Assembly (NCBI GenBank): GCA_035648155.1
Contig: DASRMA010000125.1
Span: forward strand, 1,389-65,388
Direction: 5' to 3'
DNA length: 64,000 nucleotides
DNA from: Desulfosporosinus sp.
Lineage (GTDB): Bacteria; Bacillota; Desulfitobacteriia; Desulfitobacteriales; Desulfitobacteriaceae
Notes under the pieces: generated by a model
The model's input: only the letters and a program-made list of their open reading frames with translations
Database searches by the model: none
What the model was told of the DNA's origin: nothing
In this document: positions 39,641 to 48,230 of the stretch, in pieces
Numbering within the stretch: the first letter of the stretch is position 1
Layout: every line of letters begins with the position of its first letter
Made by a program: the position numbers and the translations under genes

Positions 39641-40069
39641 ATAAGAGTACGCAATGATCTACCTAACACCAATATAGATCGCTGATTACCCAACTAGGAT
39701 CTTCCGACCATAATCAAGAAAGTAACTACCTATACCCATGATTCGTTCAACCCTGCAAGATATCTACCCAGCTATACAAAACCACTTGGCCTAATATAAC
39801 CGAACTTTCTTACACATGCATACATCTTCCGACATATGGCTGAGTAAGAAAAACTCAACAACATGCAAGATCTTAGCTCGACCCTATACGATCAAGTGGA
39901 ACCTTAAAACAATCGAATAAACTGTAGTAAAGCTTTTCTCCACCACTATAAGATCTTTCCTCCGACCTACATACAAGCGTTTAACCACCCGCATATCATC
40001 TTTGGCCGATTCATATACACCCCATGAGAGCATATATAAATCTTAGCTCAACCAATTACATACTCTTAT
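39641..40069 (-). ncRNA. Candidate large multi-hairpin structured ncRNA (unknown class)
   Basis: 15-bp terminal helix (40069-40055 with 39655-39641) that is complete only on the minus strand via G.U pairs; chain of hairpins with recurring GGUC-G..AA-GAUC; no ORF >=60 aa; terminator directly downstream. Confidence 0.65.
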
Positions 40070-40115
40070 GATCATATTATCAACATTATGACCTTATAAT
40101 ATGCTGGTAATTTCA

Positions 40116-40176
40116 GGAAAGTATTTACCATCTAACAGACAATAATATCTTGTCCGTTAGATGGTAAATACTTTCC
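40116..40176. repeat. 27-bp-arm inverted repeat
   Basis: GGAAAGTATTTACCATCTAACAGACAA / TTGTCCGTTAGATGGTAAATACTTTCC, 1 mismatch. Confidence 0.9.
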
Positions 40177-40408
40177 CAGCCGCCCAACTCATCGGTCTAT
40201 GCTATAGTGCTATAGGATTCATCTATTAATATGAAATATTCTTAGCAATAGATTTTATCTATTAAGATCAAATGATTTTGTTATTTTACAAAAACTAGGA
40301 AAAGAGGTAAACTAAATTTAGTGGAGTAAGTAATTGAATTTTCAGACTTGTCCGCTTCCCCTCTGATTAATGATCTAACTCTATCTATTTAAAGAAAGGA
40401 TGTTTTAT

Positions 40409-40492
40409 ATGAGTGTTTTGAAATCTGCTTGGGGGTTCTTTGTTTACTTCGGTTCTTTGTTTTGCCATCCTTATGAACAAGACCAAGGATAA
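40409..40492 (+). CDS. 27-aa peptide MSVLKSAWGFFVYFGSLFCHPYEQDQG (not in ORF track)
   Basis: RBS AAGAAAGGA, TAA stop, terminator-like hairpin 40548-40604. Confidence 0.55.
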   Translation: MSVLKSAWGFFVYFGSLFCHPYEQDQG

Positions 40493-40628
40493 GGTCGTGG
40501 TAGGATCGCTACCTTGCAACAGCTATTGCTACTATGAGCACTTTTTCAAAGAAAGTAGAAAGAAGCCAGAACACCCATTGTTCTAGTTTCTTTCTACTTT
40601 CTTTTGATACTTCTTAATGCCTAAAACT

Positions 40629-40747
40629 AGTGAACTCGTTCAACCAGTTGAACATCGAAACTTCGGTGGGGGAGTCTACCCCCACCGAAGCAGAGTGACG
40701 GGGTACCACTCCCACTTGTAGAAGTGGGAGTCTAACGATTGGATTAA
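40629..40747 (+). mobile_element. MITE-like repeat copy
   Basis: Reverse-complement match to 16917-17037. Confidence 0.8.
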
Positions 40748-40991
40748 TTCGGGTCGATTAGACTACAATGTTGGAATATGGTATTCTAAACCAATGATAA
40801 GCACTAAGGAGCCTCAGCAGAGCGCACAATCCTTGACGGCTTTCTTAAGGCATATGAAAGAAAATAACAAGTCAAAGATGCCAAGGTGCCGACGCGGTAT
40901 GGCGCGAAATAGACTGGCATACTGACTGGTTATTTTCTTGAATGTACCTAAATAGATTACGCTGGAATTCATCTATGGAGGTAGCTGCTTT

Positions 40992-41402
40992 ATGGTAGAA
41001 ATAAAGGAAAATATAGAATCCGCAAGAGTGGCTAACCGCCGTGTTCACATGGCCAATGAACGGACTTTTCTTGCCTGGGTAAGAACGAGCATCGGGATAA
41101 TGGCCTTCGGTTTTGTTCTGGAAAGGTTCGCGTTGTTTATCAAACAAATGTCCTACATATTAAGAGAATCAAGTACGGGAAATGCGTTGCCTGCTTCAGA
41201 TGGATCTTCTTCCATCGCCGGGATTTTCCTTGTCGGTCTGGGGGCATTGTTGTGTGTGCTTGCCTTTATCCGGTATAAGAAAGTCGAAAAACAAATAGAC
41301 GATGATACCTACCTGCCATCCCCTGTACTTAACATGTTGCTTACCCTTTCAATCCTTTCTGTGGGTATTTTCCTAGTTTTCCATTTGATACAGCATGCTT
41401 AA
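40992..41402 (+). CDS. DUF202/YidH family membrane protein
   Basis: HMANERTFLAWVRTS motif. Confidence 0.9.
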   Translation: MVEIKENIESARVANRRVHMANERTFLAWVRTSIGIMAFGFVLERFALFIKQMSYILRESSTGNALPASDGSSSIAGIFLVGLGALLCVLAFIRYKKVEKQIDDDTYLPSPVLNMLLTLSILSVGIFLVFHLIQHA

Positions 41403-41496
41403 TGTGTCACCAAACCATAATGACGACAATATTCTACAAAACAGCACCACTTGATATATAATAAGCATACGTAAAATGACTTAAAAAGCAAGGAGG

Positions 41497-41931
41497 ATGA
41501 ATTCTATGTACAAAAGAATTTTAGTACCCTCAGACGGCTCAGAATCATCACGTCATGCCCTGACCGCCGCGTTGGGACTAGCTAGAAAGTTTGATTCAGA
41601 GGTAGAGCTTTTCCACGTAACCCAAAACCAGCTAGCCTACTATGGATACAATGAAGGTTTTACAAATACCATTGACCCTGACCTAATCAAGAAGAACGGT
41701 GAGCAAGCCTTAGAATTTGCTCTTAAGGGCATTGATATAAGAGACGTTCGTTTTTCAAAGAAACATGTGTCGGGAAACCCAGCAGAAAGCATTTTAGATG
41801 AAATCAAAAGAGAATTCGACTTAGTTATTATGGGAACTCGTGGCCATAGCACCATTACGGGAGCAATTTTAGGAAGTGTTACACAACGAGTACTGGCCAA
41901 TTCTTTTTGCCCCATACTTGTTGTCAGATAG
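41497..41931 (+). CDS. Universal stress protein
   Basis: YKRILVPSDGS, MGTRG..LGSVTQRVL. Confidence 0.93.
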   Translation: MNSMYKRILVPSDGSESSRHALTAALGLARKFDSEVELFHVTQNQLAYYGYNEGFTNTIDPDLIKKNGEQALEFALKGIDIRDVRFSKKHVSGNPAESILDEIKREFDLVIMGTRGHSTITGAILGSVTQRVLANSFCPILVVR

Positions 41932-42031
41932 GTAACCACCGTCCAAACTATGATATTACCTCTTACCCTCTAGACACGCTAGATTGATCTCATAGCATCA
42001 ATCTAGCGTGTCTTTTATTTTCAATAGGTTT

Positions 42032-44041
42032 TTATTTCCATAACCGAACATCTACTTTAACATCATAAAGAGTACTCCCCGCTGCTTTATCCGTTAATCT
42101 CTGAGAAGTAAGGGCATTTACTGTATGTTCTCCGAGCGCATGTTCGCTGGAAAAAAGGCCTTCGGTAACGACGACTCCTATAGGAACTTTAGTGGTTAAC
42201 TTGAGAATAAACTGAACCTCGCCACGCTCGTTGAACGCGATCACTCTTTGTCCGTCAAGTAAATTCTTAGTCTCAGCATCTTTGATGTTCATTTGGAGAT
42301 AGGCTGTTTCCTTTTTACTAAGTAAATCGGAACGCTCATTAAAGGAAGAATTCAGCGAATATAAGCTCGGTACACTCATTAGATAGAACGGGGCATCATC
42401 CCCGTAAGGTTCGATATAGTGCGGTAAAGGCTCAACTTCCAATGGATTATAGAGTTCTATTTTACCAGATGGTGTAATAAAGGTTGTCTTGTAATTCTCG
42501 GGTAGGGAGAGTTCAACCGGATGACCTTCTTGAAGCTTCTCTAGGTCAATACTCTGAAGCCATGATGTAGGTGGACTAATTAATTGATTGATAAGGTCAT
42601 CAGCTTTTTGTTTAAAGAAGGAATCCTTAAAGCCCATCGCTTGGGCAAGCAACTGAAAAACCTCCCAGTTAGATTTAGATTCACCCACCGGCGGTATAAC
42701 TGCAGCCGTTCTCTGGAGGCCATAATGACCATAGGCGCGGTAGATATCCGAGTGTTCTAATGAGCTTGTAGCCGGCAAAATGATGTCGGCATAGCGAGCC
42801 GTATCCGTCATGAATCGTTCATGAACGACTGTAAATAGGTCTTCCTTCATCAATCCCTTGAGGACCATCGTTTGGTCAGGGGCTACGACGGCTGGGTTGG
42901 AATGGTATACATACAAACTCATGACCGGCGGATTTAATAATCCCGTCAGTGCTTGACCGAGCTGATTCATATTCACCACTCGAGTTGGCTCTTTTAATAA
43001 ATCTTCGCGCGTAACCCGATCCGTATGAAATACCTTACCTGTCGAAATACTCGCGAGCAACCCACCTCCCGGCTTGCCCCAAGCTCCGACCAGGGCTGGC
43101 AGACAGGTGATAGTGCGAACCGTCATTGCGCCGTTGCCATAACGACAAAGCCCTGATCCCAAGACAATAAAAGGCGCGACGGCTTTACCGTAATGTGCCG
43201 CCATTTCTTCGAGTAACCTAACTTCAATACCCATAATTTGACTCACTTTAGCTGGTGGGTAATCTTGCAGGACTTCCGTTCGGAGCTGTTCAAAGCCCTG
43301 TACATTCCTGTCCAGAAATTCTCGATCTATCCATCCTTCGCGAACCAGGATATGCATGATGCCGAGAGCCAAAGCGCCATCGCAGCCTGGCCGTACTAAC
43401 ACGACCTTATCCACGAGTTGGGCAGTCGGATTTTCATAGGTGTCAACGAGCCAAACCGTTGCGCCACGTTTTTTCGCTTCACGAACATTATGCAGTAAAT
43501 GAATGTTCGTAGCTAAGGCATTCGTACCCCACAACAGTATAAAGTCACTTTTTTCAACTTCATCCGGGTGGGGCGCCAAGGTATCACCCATAACTGAGGA
43601 CCAACCGTAGCCCTTAGACGACGAACAAATCGTGCGAGCTAATCTCGATGCTCCCAAACGGTTGAAAAAGCCCTCCCCACAATTGCGTTGAACTATACCC
43701 ATAGTCCCCGCATAAGAATACGGCAAAATCGCTTCCGCTCCATGGCTTGTAATTATTCCCTTCCAACGGTCTGCAATATGCCTGATAGCTTCGTCCCAAG
43801 ATACGGATTTAAACTGATCAGTTCCTTTTTCTCCTATGCGCAGTAAGGGCTGGTGCACTCTTTGTGGCGAGTGCACCGTCCGCTCGTAATGGACCATCTT
43901 GGGGCATAAAGTTCCTTTGGTAAAAGGATGTTCCGGATCACCCGTAACCTTTACTGCATGACCGTCAGCAACCTCAACTATGAGCCCACACGCATCTGGA
44001 CAGTCGTAAGGGCAAACAGACCGTTTCAGTTCCGATTTCAT
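42032..44041 (-). CDS. Molybdopterin (DMSO reductase family) oxidoreductase
   Basis: CPYDCPDAC..LCPK, TARYADIILPA; start 44041. Confidence 0.9.
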   Translation of the reverse strand: MKSELKRSVCPYDCPDACGLIVEVADGHAVKVTGDPEHPFTKGTLCPKMVHYERTVHSPQRVHQPLLRIGEKGTDQFKSVSWDEAIRHIADRWKGIITSHGAEAILPYSYAGTMGIVQRNCGEGFFNRLGASRLARTICSSSKGYGWSSVMGDTLAPHPDEVEKSDFILLWGTNALATNIHLLHNVREAKKRGATVWLVDTYENPTAQLVDKVVLVRPGCDGALALGIMHILVREGWIDREFLDRNVQGFEQLRTEVLQDYPPAKVSQIMGIEVRLLEEMAAHYGKAVAPFIVLGSGLCRYGNGAMTVRTITCLPALVGAWGKPGGGLLASISTGKVFHTDRVTREDLLKEPTRVVNMNQLGQALTGLLNPPVMSLYVYHSNPAVVAPDQTMVLKGLMKEDLFTVVHERFMTDTARYADIILPATSSLEHSDIYRAYGHYGLQRTAAVIPPVGESKSNWEVFQLLAQAMGFKDSFFKQKADDLINQLISPPTSWLQSIDLEKLQEGHPVELSLPENYKTTFITPSGKIELYNPLEVEPLPHYIEPYGDDAPFYLMSVPSLYSLNSSFNERSDLLSKKETAYLQMNIKDAETKNLLDGQRVIAFNERGEVQFILKLTTKVPIGVVVTEGLFSSEHALGEHTVNALTSQRLTDKAAGSTLYDVKVDVRLWK

Positions 44042-44085
44042 GGTACACTTCCTTGCTATCACATTTTTTCTTACCTGTGGATCAA

Positions 44086-44565
44086 TTATTGTCCTTTAAT
44101 ACCGATTACAACATCTCGTGATGCCTGAACAGTATAGAATCCTTCACATAAGATATTTACCTCTTTTTCCGCTAATACCTTCTCGCTTTCCCCCAAAATC
44201 GTAACCTTTACCGATATATCCGTCACGTTCCTTATAGTATTGTCACCGTAAGGCGTCCAATAGACCTTCATATCATAGGGTAATTCAACACACTGTTCAT
44301 ATTCAGTAATTATTCCGCTGGTGTTCTTCCACGTAAGAAATCCCCCATACTCTGTTGAATAACGCACTTTATCTACTTTCCCTGAATACTCAGCGGATAT
44401 TCGAATACCAGGTGTTGAGGACATGGCCTGCACATATTTTTGTGGATAGGCATATAGTTTAAGCTGTTTCGGAACAGATGTGAAAAACACATTGCCTAAT
44501 AAAACAACACATAATATCCCTAATACTATCAGGCGTGGACTTTTTCCTTTGAAAAAATACTTCAA
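44086..44565 (-). CDS. Hypothetical membrane-anchored protein
   Basis: N-terminal TM; TTG start after AAGGGGGG. Confidence 0.7.
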   Translation of the reverse strand: MKYFFKGKSPRLIVLGILCVVLLGNVFFTSVPKQLKLYAYPQKYVQAMSSTPGIRISAEYSGKVDKVRYSTEYGGFLTWKNTSGIITEYEQCVELPYDMKVYWTPYGDNTIRNVTDISVKVTILGESEKVLAEKEVNILCEGFYTVQASRDVVIGIKGQ

Positions 44566-44588
44566 TCTTATCCCCCCCTTGTAACTAT

Positions 44589-45377
44589 TTACCAATCAAA
44601 GATCAGAGATTTCACGACCGCAAAATACTCCCTCAAATAGACATTAGGCACGAGATACCAAGGGGTTGGGGAGGGAATTCCCACCGGGATCAAACCATTA
44701 CGTTGAGCAAGAATTTTTGATCGGAAGAGGTGAAAATCATTTGTAATCACGGCAACCCTCTCTGAGTCTTGAAAATCCGGTTGCTGAGCTAATATTTCTT
44801 TACTAAAGCGGAAGTTCTCCATCGTGCTCGTAGATCTTTCCTCTTTCAGGATACGCTCGTCAGCGATTCCATGCTCTACTAAGAAGCGCTTCATTGCCTC
44901 CGCTTCAGGAATTCCTTCTCCGGGACCTTGCCCTCCCGAAACGACGACTTTCACATTGGGGTACTTTTCCAGATAGTCTAGTCCCTTTTGCATCCTCTCC
45001 CAAAGGGTCCAGGAGAGTTGTTCCCCATTCACGCCTGCTCCTAAAATAATCATATAATCTGCTTCGACAACGGAGTCAGGTCTCGAATTACTAATGATCT
45101 CCCCCTCCACCACCACAAACGAGATCAATCCAATTAGGAATAAAGAGATGAAAACCTGACGAAACCTTGATATCCATGGTCTAGTTTTTTTCAACGGCAT
45201 AAATCTCCAAAGAAAAGCTCTGCCTAATCCCCATAAGATCAACAATCCTCCCATTACCCCAGGTAGAATCGTTCCCAGATTAGCTCCCCCATTATTTAAA
45301 AGAAGCAGTAAAGTGTCTGAAATCCCAATAATTCCTAATATAAAAAGAAGCGCTGTTAATGTTTGCTTAGTTTTCAT
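44589..45377 (-). CDS. YdcF/DUF218 family protein
   Basis: IILGAG, VSGGQG, EERSTSTMEN, TNDFHLFR, LRE. Confidence 0.92.
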   Translation of the reverse strand: MKTKQTLTALLFILGIIGISDTLLLLLNNGGANLGTILPGVMGGLLILWGLGRAFLWRFMPLKKTRPWISRFRQVFISLFLIGLISFVVVEGEIISNSRPDSVVEADYMIILGAGVNGEQLSWTLWERMQKGLDYLEKYPNVKVVVSGGQGPGEGIPEAEAMKRFLVEHGIADERILKEERSTSTMENFRFSKEILAQQPDFQDSERVAVITNDFHLFRSKILAQRNGLIPVGIPSPTPWYLVPNVYLREYFAVVKSLIFDW

Positions 45378-45528
45378 ATAACCTCTCTCCGACTATCCAT
45401 TAGATTTCATATGTGTTGCCCAATTAATACGAACTCCACCTTGGTGAATTATACCATGACCTAACGCGGGTTAAAACAATACACTTTCTTTTGGACTGCA
45501 ACGATTACAGAACATAGTTCTTTTGAGC

Positions 45529-45570
45529 AAAACCAAAGACCCCGCAACATACTTGCGGGGTCTTTGGTTC
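45529..45570 (-). terminator. Intrinsic terminator after the tRNA fragment
   Basis: AACCAAAGACCCCGCAA..TTGCGGGGTCTTTGGTT. Confidence 0.8.
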
Positions 45571-45573
45571 CTA

Positions 45574-45613
45574 TGGAACAGATGGTCGGAATTGTACCGA
45601 CGACCTGCTCATT
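45574..45613 (-). pseudogene. 3' half of a tRNA (Thr-like), probable att-site relic
   Basis: AATGAGCAGGTCGTCGGTACAATTCCGACCATCTGTTCCA: anticodon 3' strand, T-arm with mutated TTC, CCA end; 5' half absent. Confidence 0.75.
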
Positions 45614-45663
45614 TTTCTTACAACTAAAGGTCAATTATTTTAAGTCTGAGGAAGTCTGTCTAT

Positions 45664-45678
45664 CTGAACGAGTTCACT
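45664..45678 (-). repeat. Solo MITE-like end
   Basis: CTGAACGAGTTCACT. Confidence 0.65.
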
Positions 45679-46024
45679 AATTGATTCATATATGAATTTT
45701 TAATCTCAATTTCATATAATATTTTAGGTTAGCTATACGATTACGCGCACATACATCACCACCTTTCAATTTAATAGTAATTCATCGTTCTCTATTAGCC
45801 TTAGTCCTTAGCTAGGGCTAATTAGGTCCTTACAATGGTTCCCTTTAATGCATTTGCTAACGCCACATTGCCAACTTCATTCATCATGTGTGGGTTGTTT
45901 TTATAATAATACAAACTTGTTATCGTTTAGTGACCTTTATGTGTCAGAAATGTGAAGCCTTATATTGGTAAATGGATAATAATAAGGACCCCCACCTTTA
46001 AAGATGAGAGCCTAATACTGGGAT

Positions 46025-46096
46025 AGTGAACTCGTTCAACTAAAGTTGAACATCGAGACTTCGGTGGGGGAGTCTACCCCCACCGAAGGAGAGTGA
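46025..46096 (+). mobile_element. MITE-like repeat copy (3'-truncated)
   Basis: AGTGAACTCGTTCAACTAAAGTTGAACATCGAGACTTCGGTGGGGG.. Confidence 0.8.
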
Positions 46097-46199
46097 AGCA
46101 GGAGAATGTAACTACGGCCTTGAACCTATAGGATACACAAAGATAGCCATACAGGTATTTGTGGAATGTAAATAATATTAATTTATTGGAGGATAAGAG

Positions 46200-46802
46200 A
46201 TGAAATATACAACACCGCAATACGGTTTAGAAGCCTTTAATTGTCCCCACTGTGGAGCATTTGCTCATCAATTCTGGAGTCCTAGCATTGTTGCAGCTGG
46301 AAGCAGTAATGGAAATGTAGCTATAGAAAAGTTAGCAGTTTGTATGTGCAGAAATTGCACGGAATATTCTTATTGGCATAATGGTAATGAAATGATTTAC
46401 CCCAGTCAATCAACTGCTCCATTACCCTCAGCAGACATGCCCGAACTTGTTTTAAACGATTATAATGAGGCTAGAAATATATTCGAGAAGTCACCTAAAG
46501 CTAGTGCTGCACTGTTAAGATTAGGAATTCAAAAGATTTGTGTATTCCTTGGTGAAAACGGAAAGGACATTAATTGTGATATTGCCAGTCTTGTCACAAA
46601 AGGCCTACATCCAAATGTTCAGAAGGCATTAGATATGATGAGAGTTGTTGGAGATAATGCCGTACATCCTGGAGAGTTAACAATAGATGATAACCCTCCT
46701 TCTATTGCATTATCATTATTTAAATTACTAAATATTATTGTGGATACTATGATAACTCAATCTAAAGAGATCGACGAATTATTTGACTCCTTACCAAAAT
46801 AA
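46200..46802 (+). CDS. DUF4145 domain protein with Zn-ribbon N-terminus
   Basis: CPHC/CRNC, SPKASAALLR, RVVGDNAVH. Confidence 0.85.
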   Translation: MKYTTPQYGLEAFNCPHCGAFAHQFWSPSIVAAGSSNGNVAIEKLAVCMCRNCTEYSYWHNGNEMIYPSQSTAPLPSADMPELVLNDYNEARNIFEKSPKASAALLRLGIQKICVFLGENGKDINCDIASLVTKGLHPNVQKALDMMRVVGDNAVHPGELTIDDNPPSIALSLFKLLNIIVDTMITQSKEIDELFDSLPK

Positions 46803-46931
46803 CTCAATCATAAGCAACTTAGCCGTTCACCTTCCATTAAACTCCAAACAATTTTGACGGTAGTTTACTACCCAATCCATCTGGTATAATACTCATATGG
46901 TCTACAATTACTACATAGTAGGAGGGAACAA

Positions 46932-47909
46932 ATGATTAGGTGGAAGGTTTATGTTACGAACGAAATTCCTGAACCGGCTCTTGACATGCTGGCGGAGTAT
47001 TGCGACATTGAAGTCAATCGTACGGGCCAAGTCCTTACAAAACCGCAACTTTTGCAAAAGGTCAAGAACAGAGATGCTGTGTTAAGTTTGCTAACTGATC
47101 CCATAGATGCCGAGGTAATGGATGCAGCAAAGGGTACGAAAATCTTTGCTAACTATGCCGTGGGTTATAACAATATAGATATTCCTTCCGCTACAGAGCG
47201 AGGAATTATGGTCTCTAATACTCCCGGAGTCCTGACGGATACAACGGCTGAAATGACTTGGGCTTTATTATTTTCTGTAGCTCGGAGAGTCGTAGAATCA
47301 GATAAGTACACGAGAACGGGACAATTCCAAGGTTGGGGGCCGATGCTCTTTCTAGGGCAGGATATATTTCACAAGACAATTGGAATAATAGGTGCAGGAA
47401 GAATAGGCTTGTCATTTGCTAAAAGGGCAAAAGCCTTCGATATGACTGTCCTCTATACCAGCACTTCCCCTAACCCCCAATTTGAGAAAGAAACGGGTGG
47501 GAGCTACGTCAGCCTAGAAATGCTTCTTCAAACATCAGATTTTGTTTCGATTCACACTCCACTTCTCCCTACAACATTCCACTTAATAGGGGAAAAAGAG
47601 TTGAAACTTATGAAAACCACAGCTGTTCTAATTAATACTTCTCGCGGTCCTATCGTAGACGAGTTAGCCCTAGCGAAAGCTTTACAATCAGGCGAAATCT
47701 GGGGAGCTGGTCTTGATGTCTACGAATTCGAGCCAGAACTAGTAGAAGGACTAAAAGAACTTGACAATGCGGTCCTATGTCCTCACATCGCGAGTGCCAC
47801 AATTGACACCCGCACTAAAATGGGCACAATCGCTGTGTCCAATATTCTAGCGGCCATGAGAGGAGAACTTCCCCCAAATTGTCTAAATCCTGAGGTGTAT
47901 AAAACGTAA
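46932..47909 (+). CDS. D-glycerate dehydrogenase/glyoxylate reductase
   Basis: GIIGAGRIG, LINTSRG, LDVYEFEP, PHIAS. Confidence 0.92.
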   Translation: MIRWKVYVTNEIPEPALDMLAEYCDIEVNRTGQVLTKPQLLQKVKNRDAVLSLLTDPIDAEVMDAAKGTKIFANYAVGYNNIDIPSATERGIMVSNTPGVLTDTTAEMTWALLFSVARRVVESDKYTRTGQFQGWGPMLFLGQDIFHKTIGIIGAGRIGLSFAKRAKAFDMTVLYTSTSPNPQFEKETGGSYVSLEMLLQTSDFVSIHTPLLPTTFHLIGEKELKLMKTTAVLINTSRGPIVDELALAKALQSGEIWGAGLDVYEFEPELVEGLKELDNAVLCPHIASATIDTRTKMGTIAVSNILAAMRGELPPNCLNPEVYKT

Positions 47910-47930
47910 TTTTATTTTACTACTCTAACA

Positions 47931-48115
47931 ATGATTCAGGAAGCCGCCGCTGCTGGGGGGCACAGCTGGTAGTTTCGCCGGGGAATACTGCCACTCTGTT
48001 TGAGACCCCCTGGGGCAAAATGGGTCTAGAAATATACTATGACATACGTTCTACCAGTCTGGAAGCAGCGGCGAGAAGAACTTTACTAAAATCGAAGAGA
48101 AGAAAAGCAATTTAA
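47931..48115 (+). pseudogene. Deleted and frameshifted carbon-nitrogen hydrolase (nitrilase family) remnant
   Basis: MIQEAAAAG/frameshift/AQLVV joined to SPGNTATLFETPWGKMGLEIYYDIR (ICYD motif with Cys->Tyr). Confidence 0.7.
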
Positions 48116-48230
48116 TTCGTTCTGAACTTATTATTTAAGAGTGGAGAAAGTAACTTTTTTAGTGTAGAATTAATATCCTAAGCTAAAGTGCAAAATAATT
48201 AAGATTCTTACTTGAGTATGGGAGAGAGAT

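Noticed and set aside
39641..40069. CRISPR, TIGR-type or type III toxin-antitoxin array
   Set aside because: Units are not identical repeats with fixed-length spacers, and no cas, Nop-domain or ToxN-like gene is adjacent; kept only as an unknown structured RNA
45574..45613. Functional tRNA gene
   Set aside because: The 5' half and D-arm are missing and the T-loop is mutated
47944..48073. GC-rich riboswitch or ncRNA closed by CGCCGCTGCT/AGCAGCGGCG
   Set aside because: No riboswitch consensus recognised; better explained as a nitrilase pseudogene
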